A DNA stretch of 64,000 nucleotides. It comes from a virus. The DNA is taken from positions 1 to 64,000 of the IMG/VR virus record IMGVR_UViG_3300013125_000003; one strand, 5' to 3'. How positions within the stretch are numbered: position 1 is the first letter of the stretch; each line of letters opens with the position of its first letter. The position numbers were made by a program, and so were the translations under genes. Of the stretch, positions 17,363 through 26,490 are shown in pieces. Below the pieces are notes generated by a model, which was not told the origin of the DNA, ran no database searches, and was given only the letters and a program-made list of their open reading frames with translations.

Positions 17363-17575
17363 ATGGCAGCAACTAGCAATCATTACGGTGACGTAGCTAA
17401 GTGGATCGAAAAAGTTATCGATTCGTGCACGACTACGAACCAATTGACTGGGGCGTTTGCTCTGATCAATAATTTTGGAACAATGTTTCCTGCTCACTAT
17501 TCGTCCTTATTTGTAAACCTTTGGAGAAGAGCGGACGATAGGTGGGCAGAAATAATAGAAGAGCGAAACAAATGA
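17363..17575 (+). CDS. Hypothetical protein
   Basis: KWIEKVIDSCTT..QL; operon-packed. Confidence 0.6.
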   Translation: MAATSNHYGDVAKWIEKVIDSCTTTNQLTGAFALINNFGTMFPAHYSSLFVNLWRRADDRWAEIIEERNK

Positions 17576-18096
17576 AAGTGATATTCGTGGACATCGACGG
17601 GCCGCTATCTTATGGAACCTGGGACGATGGGTCGGTGAAAATCTCCGAAGACCTCACGATACCGTACGGTTGGGAAAAGGACCAGTGCGAAGTTTTAGCA
17701 GAGATAATCACAGAAACCGATGCTAAGGTCATTGTCAGCTCTGACTGGAAGAAACACTTCACAGTGGATCAACTAAATTCGGTATTCGAGCACTACGGCA
17801 TTCCTCCGGTCGTGATAGGGGTAACAGATACTCAAAAAGCCAAGATTAGTTCCTGGCTTGACATGGACAGAGCTTACCAGATAGCACGGTGGCTACAGCA
17901 GAACCACGAATCTGTCGAAGAATGGATCGCGATAGATGATCTTAACTTGGGACGGTGGTTCGAAGAGATGACTGAAGAGTACCCGTACATAACGAAAAAT
18001 CACCACGTGTGGGTATTCGGCGATTGGGCAGAGGTAAACACCAGGTTGTCTGACTGCGCCGACAAAATAATCAATCACCTAAATGGAAGACACTAA
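17572..18096 (+). CDS. HAD-domain protein (RNA-repair-associated type)
   Basis: IFVDIDGPL, IVSSDWK, WIAIDDL. Confidence 0.75.
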   Translation: MKVIFVDIDGPLSYGTWDDGSVKISEDLTIPYGWEKDQCEVLAEIITETDAKVIVSSDWKKHFTVDQLNSVFEHYGIPPVVIGVTDTQKAKISSWLDMDRAYQIARWLQQNHESVEEWIAIDDLNLGRWFEEMTEEYPYITKNHHVWVFGDWAEVNTRLSDCADKIINHLNGRH

Positions 18097-18289
18097 GAAA
18101 GAATTGAACATACCGCAGCTTAGCCAGGAATACGCTAGCGCGATAGTGCAGTCCCTAGCGATAGCACAGAAGAACAAAGCGATATCCGGCCCTGGCGACC
18201 TGGAACTTCTCATTGCCGCTGGTTTGGAAACTGCTCTTGAGGATTTTAAGGAAAAATTATTGGCTAAACCTAAAATTGATTTGGGATGA
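18083..18289 (+). CDS. Hypothetical protein
   Basis: Overlap-coupled ORF. Confidence 0.55.
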   Translation: MEDTKKELNIPQLSQEYASAIVQSLAIAQKNKAISGPGDLELLIAAGLETALEDFKEKLLAKPKIDLG

Positions 18290-18663
18290 AACTTGAAGTA
18301 TTCAAAGCGATAATACGAGCTATAGAAGTTCAGGGAGAACGCGGAGTAGAGGCAGCAAAGTTGGGCATAGACCTGATAGAGTACGAGGAAGGATGGATGA
18401 TTGCTCTGAACTTAGCTCTAAACGCGTACTACGGAAAGACTGGCGGAGATTGGATAGGCTGGTACCTCTACGAGAGAACTGCTAGCGAGACTCCGCTGCA
18501 AGCGTTTGACGAGAAGAACAACCCTATATGTTACGACGTTCCTAGCCTTTGGAAGCACGTTGAAGAACTCCGAGTAAGCGAGAACTTCGAAGAGTTTGAC
18601 CTTCCTCAAAAGCTAACAATAACGGATGCAGACATATTTCGGTTACTGTCCGGAAAACGATAA
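18286..18663 (+). CDS. Hypothetical protein
   Basis: DWIGWYLYE...PICYDVPSLW. Confidence 0.65.
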   Translation: MKLEVFKAIIRAIEVQGERGVEAAKLGIDLIEYEEGWMIALNLALNAYYGKTGGDWIGWYLYERTASETPLQAFDEKNNPICYDVPSLWKHVEELRVSENFEEFDLPQKLTITDADIFRLLSGKR

Positions 18664-18693
18664 GTTTGGTATAGTATCTTAGAACTAAAAGCA

Positions 18694-19146
18694 ATGAAAA
18701 ATCCGGTAACACGATATTTCAGCTATCAGATAAAGCGAATGAACGTAAGGACTCGTCAGAAACGTAAAGAATCTGAAAGAAACCATGCGCTTAAGCTTCT
18801 TAATTCTGAACAAAAGGACGTTTTCGATCTTGTTGTCATGACAGTAAAGAAACACCCAGAGAAGATTCTTTACGATAAGATAACTGGCGAAGTTTTGATA
18901 GTCGAAGAACGCATGCTGTTCACCTTGTACCACGATACTAAGGATCACATGGTGTCGATCCACAATCACAGTGGGTTTCACTCTCAGTGGTTCATGGAAT
19001 CTTCTTACAATTACCTGATGGAGATCGTTAACACCGAAGCTCACAGGTACCGTAGAAGGTTAAAGTACGAAGTTCGAACGAACATCCGAAACTTTCTCAA
19101 GGGCATAATCGAAGAAAAGCAAATCGAAGATGCTGAAGGTAAATAA
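18694..19146 (+). CDS. Hypothetical protein
   Basis: 150-aa ORF in the operon. Confidence 0.6.
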   Translation: MKNPVTRYFSYQIKRMNVRTRQKRKESERNHALKLLNSEQKDVFDLVVMTVKKHPEKILYDKITGEVLIVEERMLFTLYHDTKDHMVSIHNHSGFHSQWFMESSYNYLMEIVNTEAHRYRRRLKYEVRTNIRNFLKGIIEEKQIEDAEGK

Positions 19147-19163
19147 AATAAAGGAAACATCAC

Positions 19164-19799
19164 ATGGACGTTGTACTAACCGGCACTTTCGCAAAGAGCC
19201 TAAAGCGCTTACGCAATCGTCAGAGGTGGTTTTGGAAGGCTTGGGATTGCCTGAGGTACGACGTGCCTCGCTTTCTTAAGAACCTGAGAACTTACAGAAA
19301 GGACCTTTGGCACACTTATCCGTGGGACACTCACGGAGCTCTCAGACTCCTTCGCACGAACATCACAACAACTGCAGACTATATCGAAAAGTACGGTCAC
19401 GAAGTTGACGAATCTCGCCTAAAGAAGATCGAAAAGATGCGTCGTGCTGTAGAGATCCTAAACTATCACATTGAGGATGATTTTGTCAGCGTAGCTGAAG
19501 AACAGCTCGGTAAAAAAGTGTCCGATTGGATTTCTTTCGAAAGCGATGAAAAGAATCCAAACTGGACGAAAGTTGTGTCAAAAGCTACCGAACAGGAAGA
19601 GAAAGATAATGCTGAGATCTATGCACTGTCCAGAAAGTTGGAAAAAGACACCTGGAAAGAGCTCTTCGAGATACTTCACGGGCAGAACTACGAAGACTAC
19701 AAAAAAGTCGAAGAAAATTTGACTGAGGAAGAGAAAAAAGATGAGAACCGTTGGTATAAATGGTTCGACGGCTCTGGTATGAAGGGCTGGTGGGATTAA
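19164..19799 (+). CDS. Hypothetical protein
   Basis: Ends FDGSGMKGWWD. Confidence 0.7.
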   Translation: MDVVLTGTFAKSLKRLRNRQRWFWKAWDCLRYDVPRFLKNLRTYRKDLWHTYPWDTHGALRLLRTNITTTADYIEKYGHEVDESRLKKIEKMRRAVEILNYHIEDDFVSVAEEQLGKKVSDWISFESDEKNPNWTKVVSKATEQEEKDNAEIYALSRKLEKDTWKELFEILHGQNYEDYKKVEENLTEEEKKDENRWYKWFDGSGMKGWWD

Positions 19800-19804
19800 A
19801 CAAA

Positions 19805-21805
19805 ATGAAACAGATGTCGCAAACAAAACAACCATCTCCAGCAACTAAAACTCCACTGGTTGACTCGTTCGGTAAGGACCTAACCCAGCTAGCAGCTGAA
19901 GGAAAATTGGACCCGGTAGTCGGAAGAGCAGAAGAGATAAAGCGGTGCAGCCAAATCCTTTCCCGAAGAAAAAAGAACAACCCTTTGCTGATCGGAGAAC
20001 CAGGAGTTGGAAAAACTGCGATAGTTGAAGGTTTGGCTATGAGAATAGTCAACCGAACCTGTTCCAGAGCACTGTTCGGAAAACGAATAGTTGCTCTTGA
20101 GCTTGCAAATTTGGTCGCCGGTACGAAGTACCGCGGTCAGTTTGAGGAACGCATGGAGCAGATCATCCAGGAAGTTCAGTCATCAGGAAACATCATACTG
20201 TTCATCGACGAAGTTCACGCTATCGTCGGAGCAGGCGCAGCTAGCGGATCGCTTGATGCAGCTAACATATTAAAACCCGCTTTGGCCAGAGGAGAGATCC
20301 AGTGCATCGGTTCAACAACGACTGAAGAGTACAGACTTTCTATCGAAAAGGACGGGGCCCTGAACCGTAGGTTTCAGCAGATAATGGTCAACCCAACGAC
20401 AGCCGAAGAGACTCGAATAATCCTCGAAAACATAAAGAGCAAGTACGAGGATCACCACGCAGTTAAGTACGATGCTGAAGCTTTGGACGCGTGCGTTACT
20501 CTGAGCGAAAGGTACATAGCTGACCGGTTCTTACCGGATAAATCAATTGACCTAATGGACGAAGCTGGCGCAACGGTTCACGTGAACGGCGTTGTCGTTC
20601 CGGACAAGATGAAAAAGCTTGAGGACAAGCTGACTGCCATTCTGAAGAAGAAAAAGAATGCTGTTGACTCCCAGGATTACGAAGCGGCTGCCAAGCTACG
20701 GGACGAAGCTCTCGAAGCAGCAGATCAGATAACAAAAGCAAAGAGCGATTGGGAAAAATCGCTTGCTAAGACCGAAAATCGCTTATCTGTGACTGATGGT
20801 GACATCGCTGACCTTGTCTCAACGATCACAGGCATACCTGTCAACCGGATGACTGGAACCGAGATAGAGAAACTTTCCTCAATGGAACCTTCTCTCAGAA
20901 AAGTAATAGTCGGACAGGACGATGCCATTCACAAATTAACTAGAGCTATAAAAAGATCGAGGGCCGGCTTAAAGTCAAAGAAAAAACCCATCGGAACTTT
21001 CCTGTTCATCGGACCGAGCGGAGTCGGGAAAAGCGAACTAGCAAAGCAGCTTGCTAAATACCTATTCTCATCGGAAGATGCTCTGATTCGCATAGACATG
21101 TCCGAGTACAGTGAAAAGTTCACGACCAGTCGGTTGAACGGAGCTCCTCCAGGATACGTAGGTTACGAAAGTGGCGGTCAGTTAACAGAAAAGGTTCGCC
21201 GGCGTCCTTACTCTGTCATTCTGCTAGATGAGATCGAGAAAGCTGATCCAGCTATCTTCAACACTCTTCTGCAAGTTCTGGACGACGGCCGAATGACTGA
21301 CGGCCAGGGAAAAACGGTTGACTTTAAGAACACAGTCATCATCATGACGTCGAACATAGGGGTTAGAGTCCTTCAGGACTTTGGAACGGGCATAGGTTTT
21401 GCTACCAAGTCGGTAGAACAACAGAGAGAAGCAGCTAACGATGTTCTCAGGAAAGAAGTCAGCAGAAAATTCCCCCCGGAATTCATCAACCGTATTGACG
21501 ACATCATAACTTTCAACTTGTTGGCTAAGGAACACATACGGTCAATCGTGGAAATCGAACTGGTCGACCTACAGAACAGAGTTTCCGAAAATGGGTACTC
21601 GTTCGAGCTAACCGAAGAAGCAAAGGAATTCTTGATCGACAAGGGTTACGATTCAAAATTCGGAGCGCGTCCTCTAAAGAGAGCTATTCAGACACACCTA
21701 GAGGATGTCATTGCCGAAGCCTATATTGACAGTAATGTTCGGCCTGGTGATCACCTAGTCATCACGAAAAGTGAGTTTGGTGACACCCTAATCATACAGA
21801 AATGA
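19805..21805 (+). CDS. clpC: ClpC-like AAA+ ATPase lacking the N-terminal Clp domain
   Basis: LDPVVGR, GEPGVGKT, FIDEVH, UVR-like QDYEAAAKLRD, GPSGVGKS, GAPPGYVGY, GIGF loop, GARPLKR. Confidence 0.9.
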   Translation: MKQMSQTKQPSPATKTPLVDSFGKDLTQLAAEGKLDPVVGRAEEIKRCSQILSRRKKNNPLLIGEPGVGKTAIVEGLAMRIVNRTCSRALFGKRIVALELANLVAGTKYRGQFEERMEQIIQEVQSSGNIILFIDEVHAIVGAGAASGSLDAANILKPALARGEIQCIGSTTTEEYRLSIEKDGALNRRFQQIMVNPTTAEETRIILENIKSKYEDHHAVKYDAEALDACVTLSERYIADRFLPDKSIDLMDEAGATVHVNGVVVPDKMKKLEDKLTAILKKKKNAVDSQDYEAAAKLRDEALEAADQITKAKSDWEKSLAKTENRLSVTDGDIADLVSTITGIPVNRMTGTEIEKLSSMEPSLRKVIVGQDDAIHKLTRAIKRSRAGLKSKKKPIGTFLFIGPSGVGKSELAKQLAKYLFSSEDALIRIDMSEYSEKFTTSRLNGAPPGYVGYESGGQLTEKVRRRPYSVILLDEIEKADPAIFNTLLQVLDDGRMTDGQGKTVDFKNTVIIMTSNIGVRVLQDFGTGIGFATKSVEQQREAANDVLRKEVSRKFPPEFINRIDDIITFNLLAKEHIRSIVEIELVDLQNRVSENGYSFELTEEAKEFLIDKGYDSKFGARPLKRAIQTHLEDVIAEAYIDSNVRPGDHLVITKSEFGDTLIIQK

Positions 21806-22014
21806 AACATGCTAACTTAAATAGGTTGCCTTGGGAAAGAAAACCATCCTTGTGGAAAAGATTTGTTCGCAAATTTTACTCGGTGTCAGGAAATAATGGC
21901 ATCATTGGTCCAGGGTACAGAGTGTACTACCGGTTCGATTATGGGAAAGTTGCAATTTTTTTGAGTATAGTATTCTTCCTGATTATAGTTGGACTAATAC
22001 TATTTTTGTTATGA
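21802..22014 (+). CDS. Small membrane protein
   Basis: C-terminal hydrophobic helix. Confidence 0.6.
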   Translation: MKHANLNRLPWERKPSLWKRFVRKFYSVSGNNGIIGPGYRVYYRFDYGKVAIFLSIVFFLIIVGLILFLL

Positions 22015-22643
22015 AACTTCGAATTTTTGCACTTATAGCTTTTTTATTCTTTGCGTCAATTTCCTTTGGTCAAACCGAACAAGGATCTCATACTCTATTT
22101 CGCAGCGATCCTTCTGGGCAAAGAGTCAATGCATACGTTTCCTTCGACGGATCGCTCTATTACGTGAACGAACACCTCGCTGGAGGTCTCGGCGGAACAA
22201 TAGGCATGACGGTGAATCGATCATTTTCAGCTGGTCTGACTGGAGCTTTTCTGTTAAAATCCGACGGAGAAGAAATTTCCCAGTTCACTCCACCTCCTGG
22301 AATAAACAATTACCAGATGAGAAGGTATTGTTGGTATGCTGGGGTGCTAATCGAGCCAACTTTACTGCCAACGTTTCCGCTTCACTTGACCTTTCCGATC
22401 ACAATTGGCGGTGGGTTACTAACCTACAAGTGGCAGGAGGACAACGGCTGGTGGAGTTACTACAGCACTTCTCTTCCTGGGTACCCAGAGTATTTTTTTA
22501 TAGCGATAGTCGGTGCTAGAGCCGAGATAAACGTAGTCGATGGGTTCAGAATTTCGGTTGGGCCGTCGTATCGGTACACAACTAACGTTAATTTTCTAAA
22601 CGGTTTCGCGTTAGACTTATCTTTGAAACTCGGAAGGTACTAA
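22011..22643 (+). CDS. Outer-membrane beta-barrel-like protein with signal peptide
   Basis: Signal MKLRIFALIAFLFFASISFG-Q; amphipathic Gly/aromatic strands; ends LSLKLGRY. Confidence 0.65.
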   Translation: MKLRIFALIAFLFFASISFGQTEQGSHTLFRSDPSGQRVNAYVSFDGSLYYVNEHLAGGLGGTIGMTVNRSFSAGLTGAFLLKSDGEEISQFTPPPGINNYQMRRYCWYAGVLIEPTLLPTFPLHLTFPITIGGGLLTYKWQEDNGWWSYYSTSLPGYPEYFFIAIVGARAEINVVDGFRISVGPSYRYTTNVNFLNGFALDLSLKLGRY

Positions 22644-22698
22644 TTTTCACCTTGGCACACTTTTTGCTGTTAAATAACTAAGCAAAAAGAACGCCAAC

Positions 22699-23436
22699 AT
22701 GAGAACACTCGCCTTTTTAGTAATATTGTCAATTATTCTATCATTCGGCTGCTCGCCGAAGGTAGTCCAGGTATCAAAAACTCCTACTGAAACGTACGTC
22801 GTTCAAGAAGAACCTCAGCCGGTTGAGTATGTAACTCCGACGTACCAGTTTTACTTCTACCAGGAGCCAATTCGCTACACTTACTATGGTTATTACTGGT
22901 ATCAGCCGTACTACTACAACTTTTACAACCCTTATTACGATCCATTTTACTACGATTTTTACAGGTACAGTTACGGCTGGTACCCTTACTATCGCTGGAG
23001 TGCATGGGATCACCACCAGCACCACGATTGGTACAACGGTGATTGGAACAACAACGGTTGGTACTATGGACCTAGAAAATCAACAGGCTCACCAACTGGA
23101 CGAACGATTAAACCTCAGCCACGCGTTCAGGAGCAGCCTAAGCAACCGCAGAGAGTTCAGGAAAAACCAAAACCTCAACCTACTTACACAAAACCTACTA
23201 GAACTGAGCCAACTAGGTATTATCCACCAACATACCAGCAACCCAGAAACAAGAACGAATACACGAGTCCAGCGTACCGGACTCCGCCAACCTATTCCAA
23301 ACCAGCGGAAAGAAGTCCTATTCGTACGAACCCGGTTTACGAAGCGCCAAAATCACAACCTCGAAATGCTCAGCCTTCTCGCACACCGACTCAAAATTAT
23401 TCTCAGCCAACTAAAACTTCCAGAGGACCCAGGTAA
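22699..23436 (+). CDS. Lipoprotein with Tyr-rich then Pro/Gln/Arg-rich low-complexity regions
   Basis: Lipobox LSFG-C; YYGYYWYQPYYY...; Bacteroidota-like architecture. Confidence 0.7.
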   Translation: MRTLAFLVILSIILSFGCSPKVVQVSKTPTETYVVQEEPQPVEYVTPTYQFYFYQEPIRYTYYGYYWYQPYYYNFYNPYYDPFYYDFYRYSYGWYPYYRWSAWDHHQHHDWYNGDWNNNGWYYGPRKSTGSPTGRTIKPQPRVQEQPKQPQRVQEKPKPQPTYTKPTRTEPTRYYPPTYQQPRNKNEYTSPAYRTPPTYSKPAERSPIRTNPVYEAPKSQPRNAQPSRTPTQNYSQPTKTSRGPR

Positions 23437-23477
23437 ACCGGCCGGTCCGTATAAATAATCATAAATAGCTGAGTTTA

Positions 23478-23990
23478 ATGGGAAAGTTCGGAAAGTACTC
23501 ACTTCCTAAATTTCTTATGCGTAGATTAGGACCAGTTGAAGAAATCACCGGTCCTAACCAGGTTTTAGAAGAACCTAGCTCAAAGAAATCTGAAGTTAAC
23601 TTAACTGATCCAGATGATCAGGGCAAAATAATTGAACGAGAAATGCCAACCAAACGCAATCCTAATAGCGATAAAGAAAAAGGTTACGTCTTTGAAAGTT
23701 TTTCAGATTTCGAGCAGCAGGCCGAAACGGAAGAAGTAAACGAAGATGATATGCTAAAAGAACCTGAAGAAATGGTTCAACCTTGCGAGGGATGCAGCGA
23801 TTACCCCGATGCTCTGTCAGAAAAAGCAAAGATTGCGATCAAGAGAATGTGCGACGAAGTTCTGATTCAGGAAGCGACAGTTTTTGAAACGTCAGAGGAT
23901 CCCAACCAAACATACGAATCGTTCCTTCGCGAGTGCACCCATTACATGGCAGAGTGCTTGATAAGAGCAGCTCAGAACTTAAAGGTGTAA
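23478..23990 (+). CDS. Acidic late protein
   Basis: ATAAATA 23451 and 23461; internal YVFESFSDF, VNE. Confidence 0.65.
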   Translation: MGKFGKYSLPKFLMRRLGPVEEITGPNQVLEEPSSKKSEVNLTDPDDQGKIIEREMPTKRNPNSDKEKGYVFESFSDFEQQAETEEVNEDDMLKEPEEMVQPCEGCSDYPDALSEKAKIAIKRMCDEVLIQEATVFETSEDPNQTYESFLRECTHYMAECLIRAAQNLKV

Positions 23991-23992
23991 CT

Positions 23993-24763
23993 ATGGAACA
24001 GAAACAGCCCAAACAGATAGGAATACTTGCAGGAAAGTTCAAACCGCCGCACCTAGGTCACTTTGGCGTGATTCAGGGAATAGCTGACATGAACTACGAA
24101 ACTCACGTGTTCGTATCGCCGGTTGAGATGGACGGAGTTACCGGAGATATGGCTGTAAACATTCTGTACGAGTACTTCAAACCAGGTAAAAGGGATCGTC
24201 AAGACGTGTTCGTTCACTTAGCTGACGGTTCGCCGGTCAAAGAAGCGTTCAAGTTCGTTTCTGAACTTGGAGCTAGAGAAGATGCTTCGGATTTTGAGGT
24301 AAACGTTTATGCTCTACCTGAGGATATGAATCGGTTCAAAACTATAGACAAGTTCGCAGGTAACTTAGCTGGGGCAAACAGGTACCAGACAGAAAGAACT
24401 CAAGAGATTTCTGGAACGAAAATGCGAGAAGCTATAAAGAACAGAGACAAGGAAACTTTTAAGAGAGGAATTCCTGAAGGAATAGATCCGGAAAAGATAT
24501 GGAAGATAGTTACAGAAGAGGCAGGAGGAACGTACGCTATCCCGGCGGACTCTTTCGAAACACCGAATCAGTACGATTTTAACGTTCAGCCATCTCAGAT
24601 AAGCTTGAACTTTGGAGGAATACCTAACCAATGGACAAACTCTCAACCGATTTCACGGTGGGATTTTATGACCAATCCAATAGTTCAAGTTCGCGAAGAA
24701 CAATCGCCTACCAAGCACGTGAAAACCTTCACTGAGTACATAGAAGAACAAAGGGATAAATAA
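23993..24763 (+). CDS. HxGH nucleotidyltransferase-like protein with C-terminal targeting-like tag
   Basis: AGKFKPPHLGH, ISGTKMRE; C-terminal KHVKTFTEYIEE. Confidence 0.75.
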   Translation: MEQKQPKQIGILAGKFKPPHLGHFGVIQGIADMNYETHVFVSPVEMDGVTGDMAVNILYEYFKPGKRDRQDVFVHLADGSPVKEAFKFVSELGAREDASDFEVNVYALPEDMNRFKTIDKFAGNLAGANRYQTERTQEISGTKMREAIKNRDKETFKRGIPEGIDPEKIWKIVTEEAGGTYAIPADSFETPNQYDFNVQPSQISLNFGGIPNQWTNSQPISRWDFMTNPIVQVREEQSPTKHVKTFTEYIEEQRDK

Positions 24764-24782
24764 GAAAAAGTACCGATACGAG

Positions 24783-25244
24783 ATGACAGATAAAATCATG
24801 TCCTTCGACCAATTTAGCAAAGCTGACGTTCTGGAGGATCCAAAAACTGCCCTAAAGGGCAATAACGTTGATCCCGGAAAGAAAGAAAAATTCGTTGACC
24901 AGGTAAAGAAAGCTGACCTAACACAGTTAGAAACTAACGAACCTGATTACTCGAAAGTTAACGAAGCTGATTCCAATGAGATAGCAAACTTGCAGAGCGT
25001 TGTGACCGCAGCGGAACGTGAACTTAACGATTTTAAGGAAAAGTTCTACACAGACTTAGCTGCTAAGGAAAAAGACTTGCAGACCAAGCGAGAAGCTCTT
25101 AACCAGGTGATTGCAGCGGCTGCCGCTACTACTCAGACGACAACGGTTGCTCCTACTGTTCAGGCAGCAACAGCACCAACCGCTCAGCAATCGATAGGAG
25201 GAGTTACTCCAGGTCAAGCACCAGCTGCACCAGCGACAGCGTAA
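24783..25244 (+). CDS. Late protein with targeting-like N-terminus and Ala/Thr tail
   Basis: ATAAATA 24756-24762; MTDKIMSFDQF. Confidence 0.65.
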   Translation: MTDKIMSFDQFSKADVLEDPKTALKGNNVDPGKKEKFVDQVKKADLTQLETNEPDYSKVNEADSNEIANLQSVVTAAERELNDFKEKFYTDLAAKEKDLQTKREALNQVIAAAAATTQTTTVAPTVQAATAPTAQQSIGGVTPGQAPAAPATA

Positions 25245-25258
25245 AAACACTAACGTAA

Positions 25259-25990
25259 ATGACTAGAGTCGAACTAGCACTTGACATAAAGCAGGAACTA
25301 ACATTAGCACAAGCTCTTCCTTACTCGATACCGGATAAGGAAATAGAACGTGTCATCATAAACGCGGAACGGTTCTTTTACGATAACTGGAGACACGCGG
25401 TTGAGCCTCGGTACATTCTCATTCCTAACGAACTTTTGTCAAGCGATCAGTACAAGAGAACTAGAACCATACGAATGCCGGATTGCGTCCAATTCGTTCA
25501 CCAAGTTAAAGAACCTAAGGGTTCTTCGATGTTTGGAACGATAGACCAGGACTTTTCCGATCAGAAATTTATCGGGTCCGAATTATTTCTTACACCATTT
25601 ATCGGAGAATCTCTCGTGTACAGAACAGTTATCTTTTCGTTCCTAGACATCACCAAAAACTTTGTTCTTGACACAGTAGCTTACGATTACAACAAGAACA
25701 CAAAGAGCATAACCGTAAAGGGCAGAACTCCAAGCAAGATGGTAGTTGAGGTAAGCAAGAAGATAGAGGAACAGTACCTTTACGAGGACGAAATGTTCCA
25801 AAGGTACGTAAGGGCAAAAGCAAAGGTTAGGTTGGGAGAACTCTTGACCAGTTTTGACTTCAATTTACCTGGTGGAGTTAGACCGAATTACAATACCTTC
25901 GTTACGAAAGCTGACGCAGAATTTCAAGCTGTGTTAGACATGATGAAGGGCGAAAATACACCGGACTGGGTTTACCTAGTTCACTTCTAA
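25259..25990 (+). CDS. gp13: Neck protein, T4 gp13-like
   Basis: C-terminal FQRYVRAKAK...FNLPGGV.PNY; structural context. Confidence 0.65.
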   Translation: MTRVELALDIKQELTLAQALPYSIPDKEIERVIINAERFFYDNWRHAVEPRYILIPNELLSSDQYKRTRTIRMPDCVQFVHQVKEPKGSSMFGTIDQDFSDQKFIGSELFLTPFIGESLVYRTVIFSFLDITKNFVLDTVAYDYNKNTKSITVKGRTPSKMVVEVSKKIEEQYLYEDEMFQRYVRAKAKVRLGELLTSFDFNLPGGVRPNYNTFVTKADAEFQAVLDMMKGENTPDWVYLVHF

Positions 25991-25991
25991 G

Positions 25992-26366
25992 ATGAGAGAT
26001 TTTTATTTCAGAGGTACTGACGATCCTAATTACAAATCGGACATTTTTGAGTCGACAAACGACATCGAAAATACGGTCTCTCAGGTAAGAATGACAATTC
26101 TGACGAGAAAGGGAGAAGTCTTGGGAGAGCCAAACTTTGGGTTAGACGTCACCAAGTACCTGTTCGAATTCGAAGGTTACCCTATTGACATCTTAGAAAA
26201 AGAAGCAGCTGAACAGATACAGAATTACGTGATGCTTGCAAAGATCAACGAAGTGGTGCCAACCGCTTTCGCGCTTGACGACGCTGGCGATATGTTCAAG
26301 GTAGGATTAGGACTGGACGTTTCTATCAACGGTAAGAGAACGTTCGCGGTTCTTTACGAAGACTAA
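25992..26366 (+). CDS. gp25: Baseplate gp25-like protein
   Basis: ILTRKGEVLGEPNFG....YLFE. Confidence 0.8.
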   Translation: MRDFYFRGTDDPNYKSDIFESTNDIENTVSQVRMTILTRKGEVLGEPNFGLDVTKYLFEFEGYPIDILEKEAAEQIQNYVMLAKINEVVPTAFALDDAGDMFKVGLGLDVSINGKRTFAVLYED

Positions 26367-26431
26367 CGGTTCGTTCTTGATAACGTGGTTAGGTTGCTTA
26401 AGTTTCCACAACTTATTTAAGTAGTACTCAT

Positions 26432-26468
26432 AAAAATGGCAGAACGTGTATTTCGTCCTGCCTTTTTT
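26432..26468. terminator. Likely bidirectional terminator between convergent genes
   Basis: AAAAAT-GGCAGAACG...CGTCCTGCC-TTTTTT. Confidence 0.55.
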
Positions 26469-26490
26469 GCCTTGTTTCTTTGCTCCCACT

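Noticed and set aside
22774-23458. Alternative-frame and antisense ORFs over the lipoprotein
   Set aside because: They are by-products of low-complexity Tyr/Pro codons.
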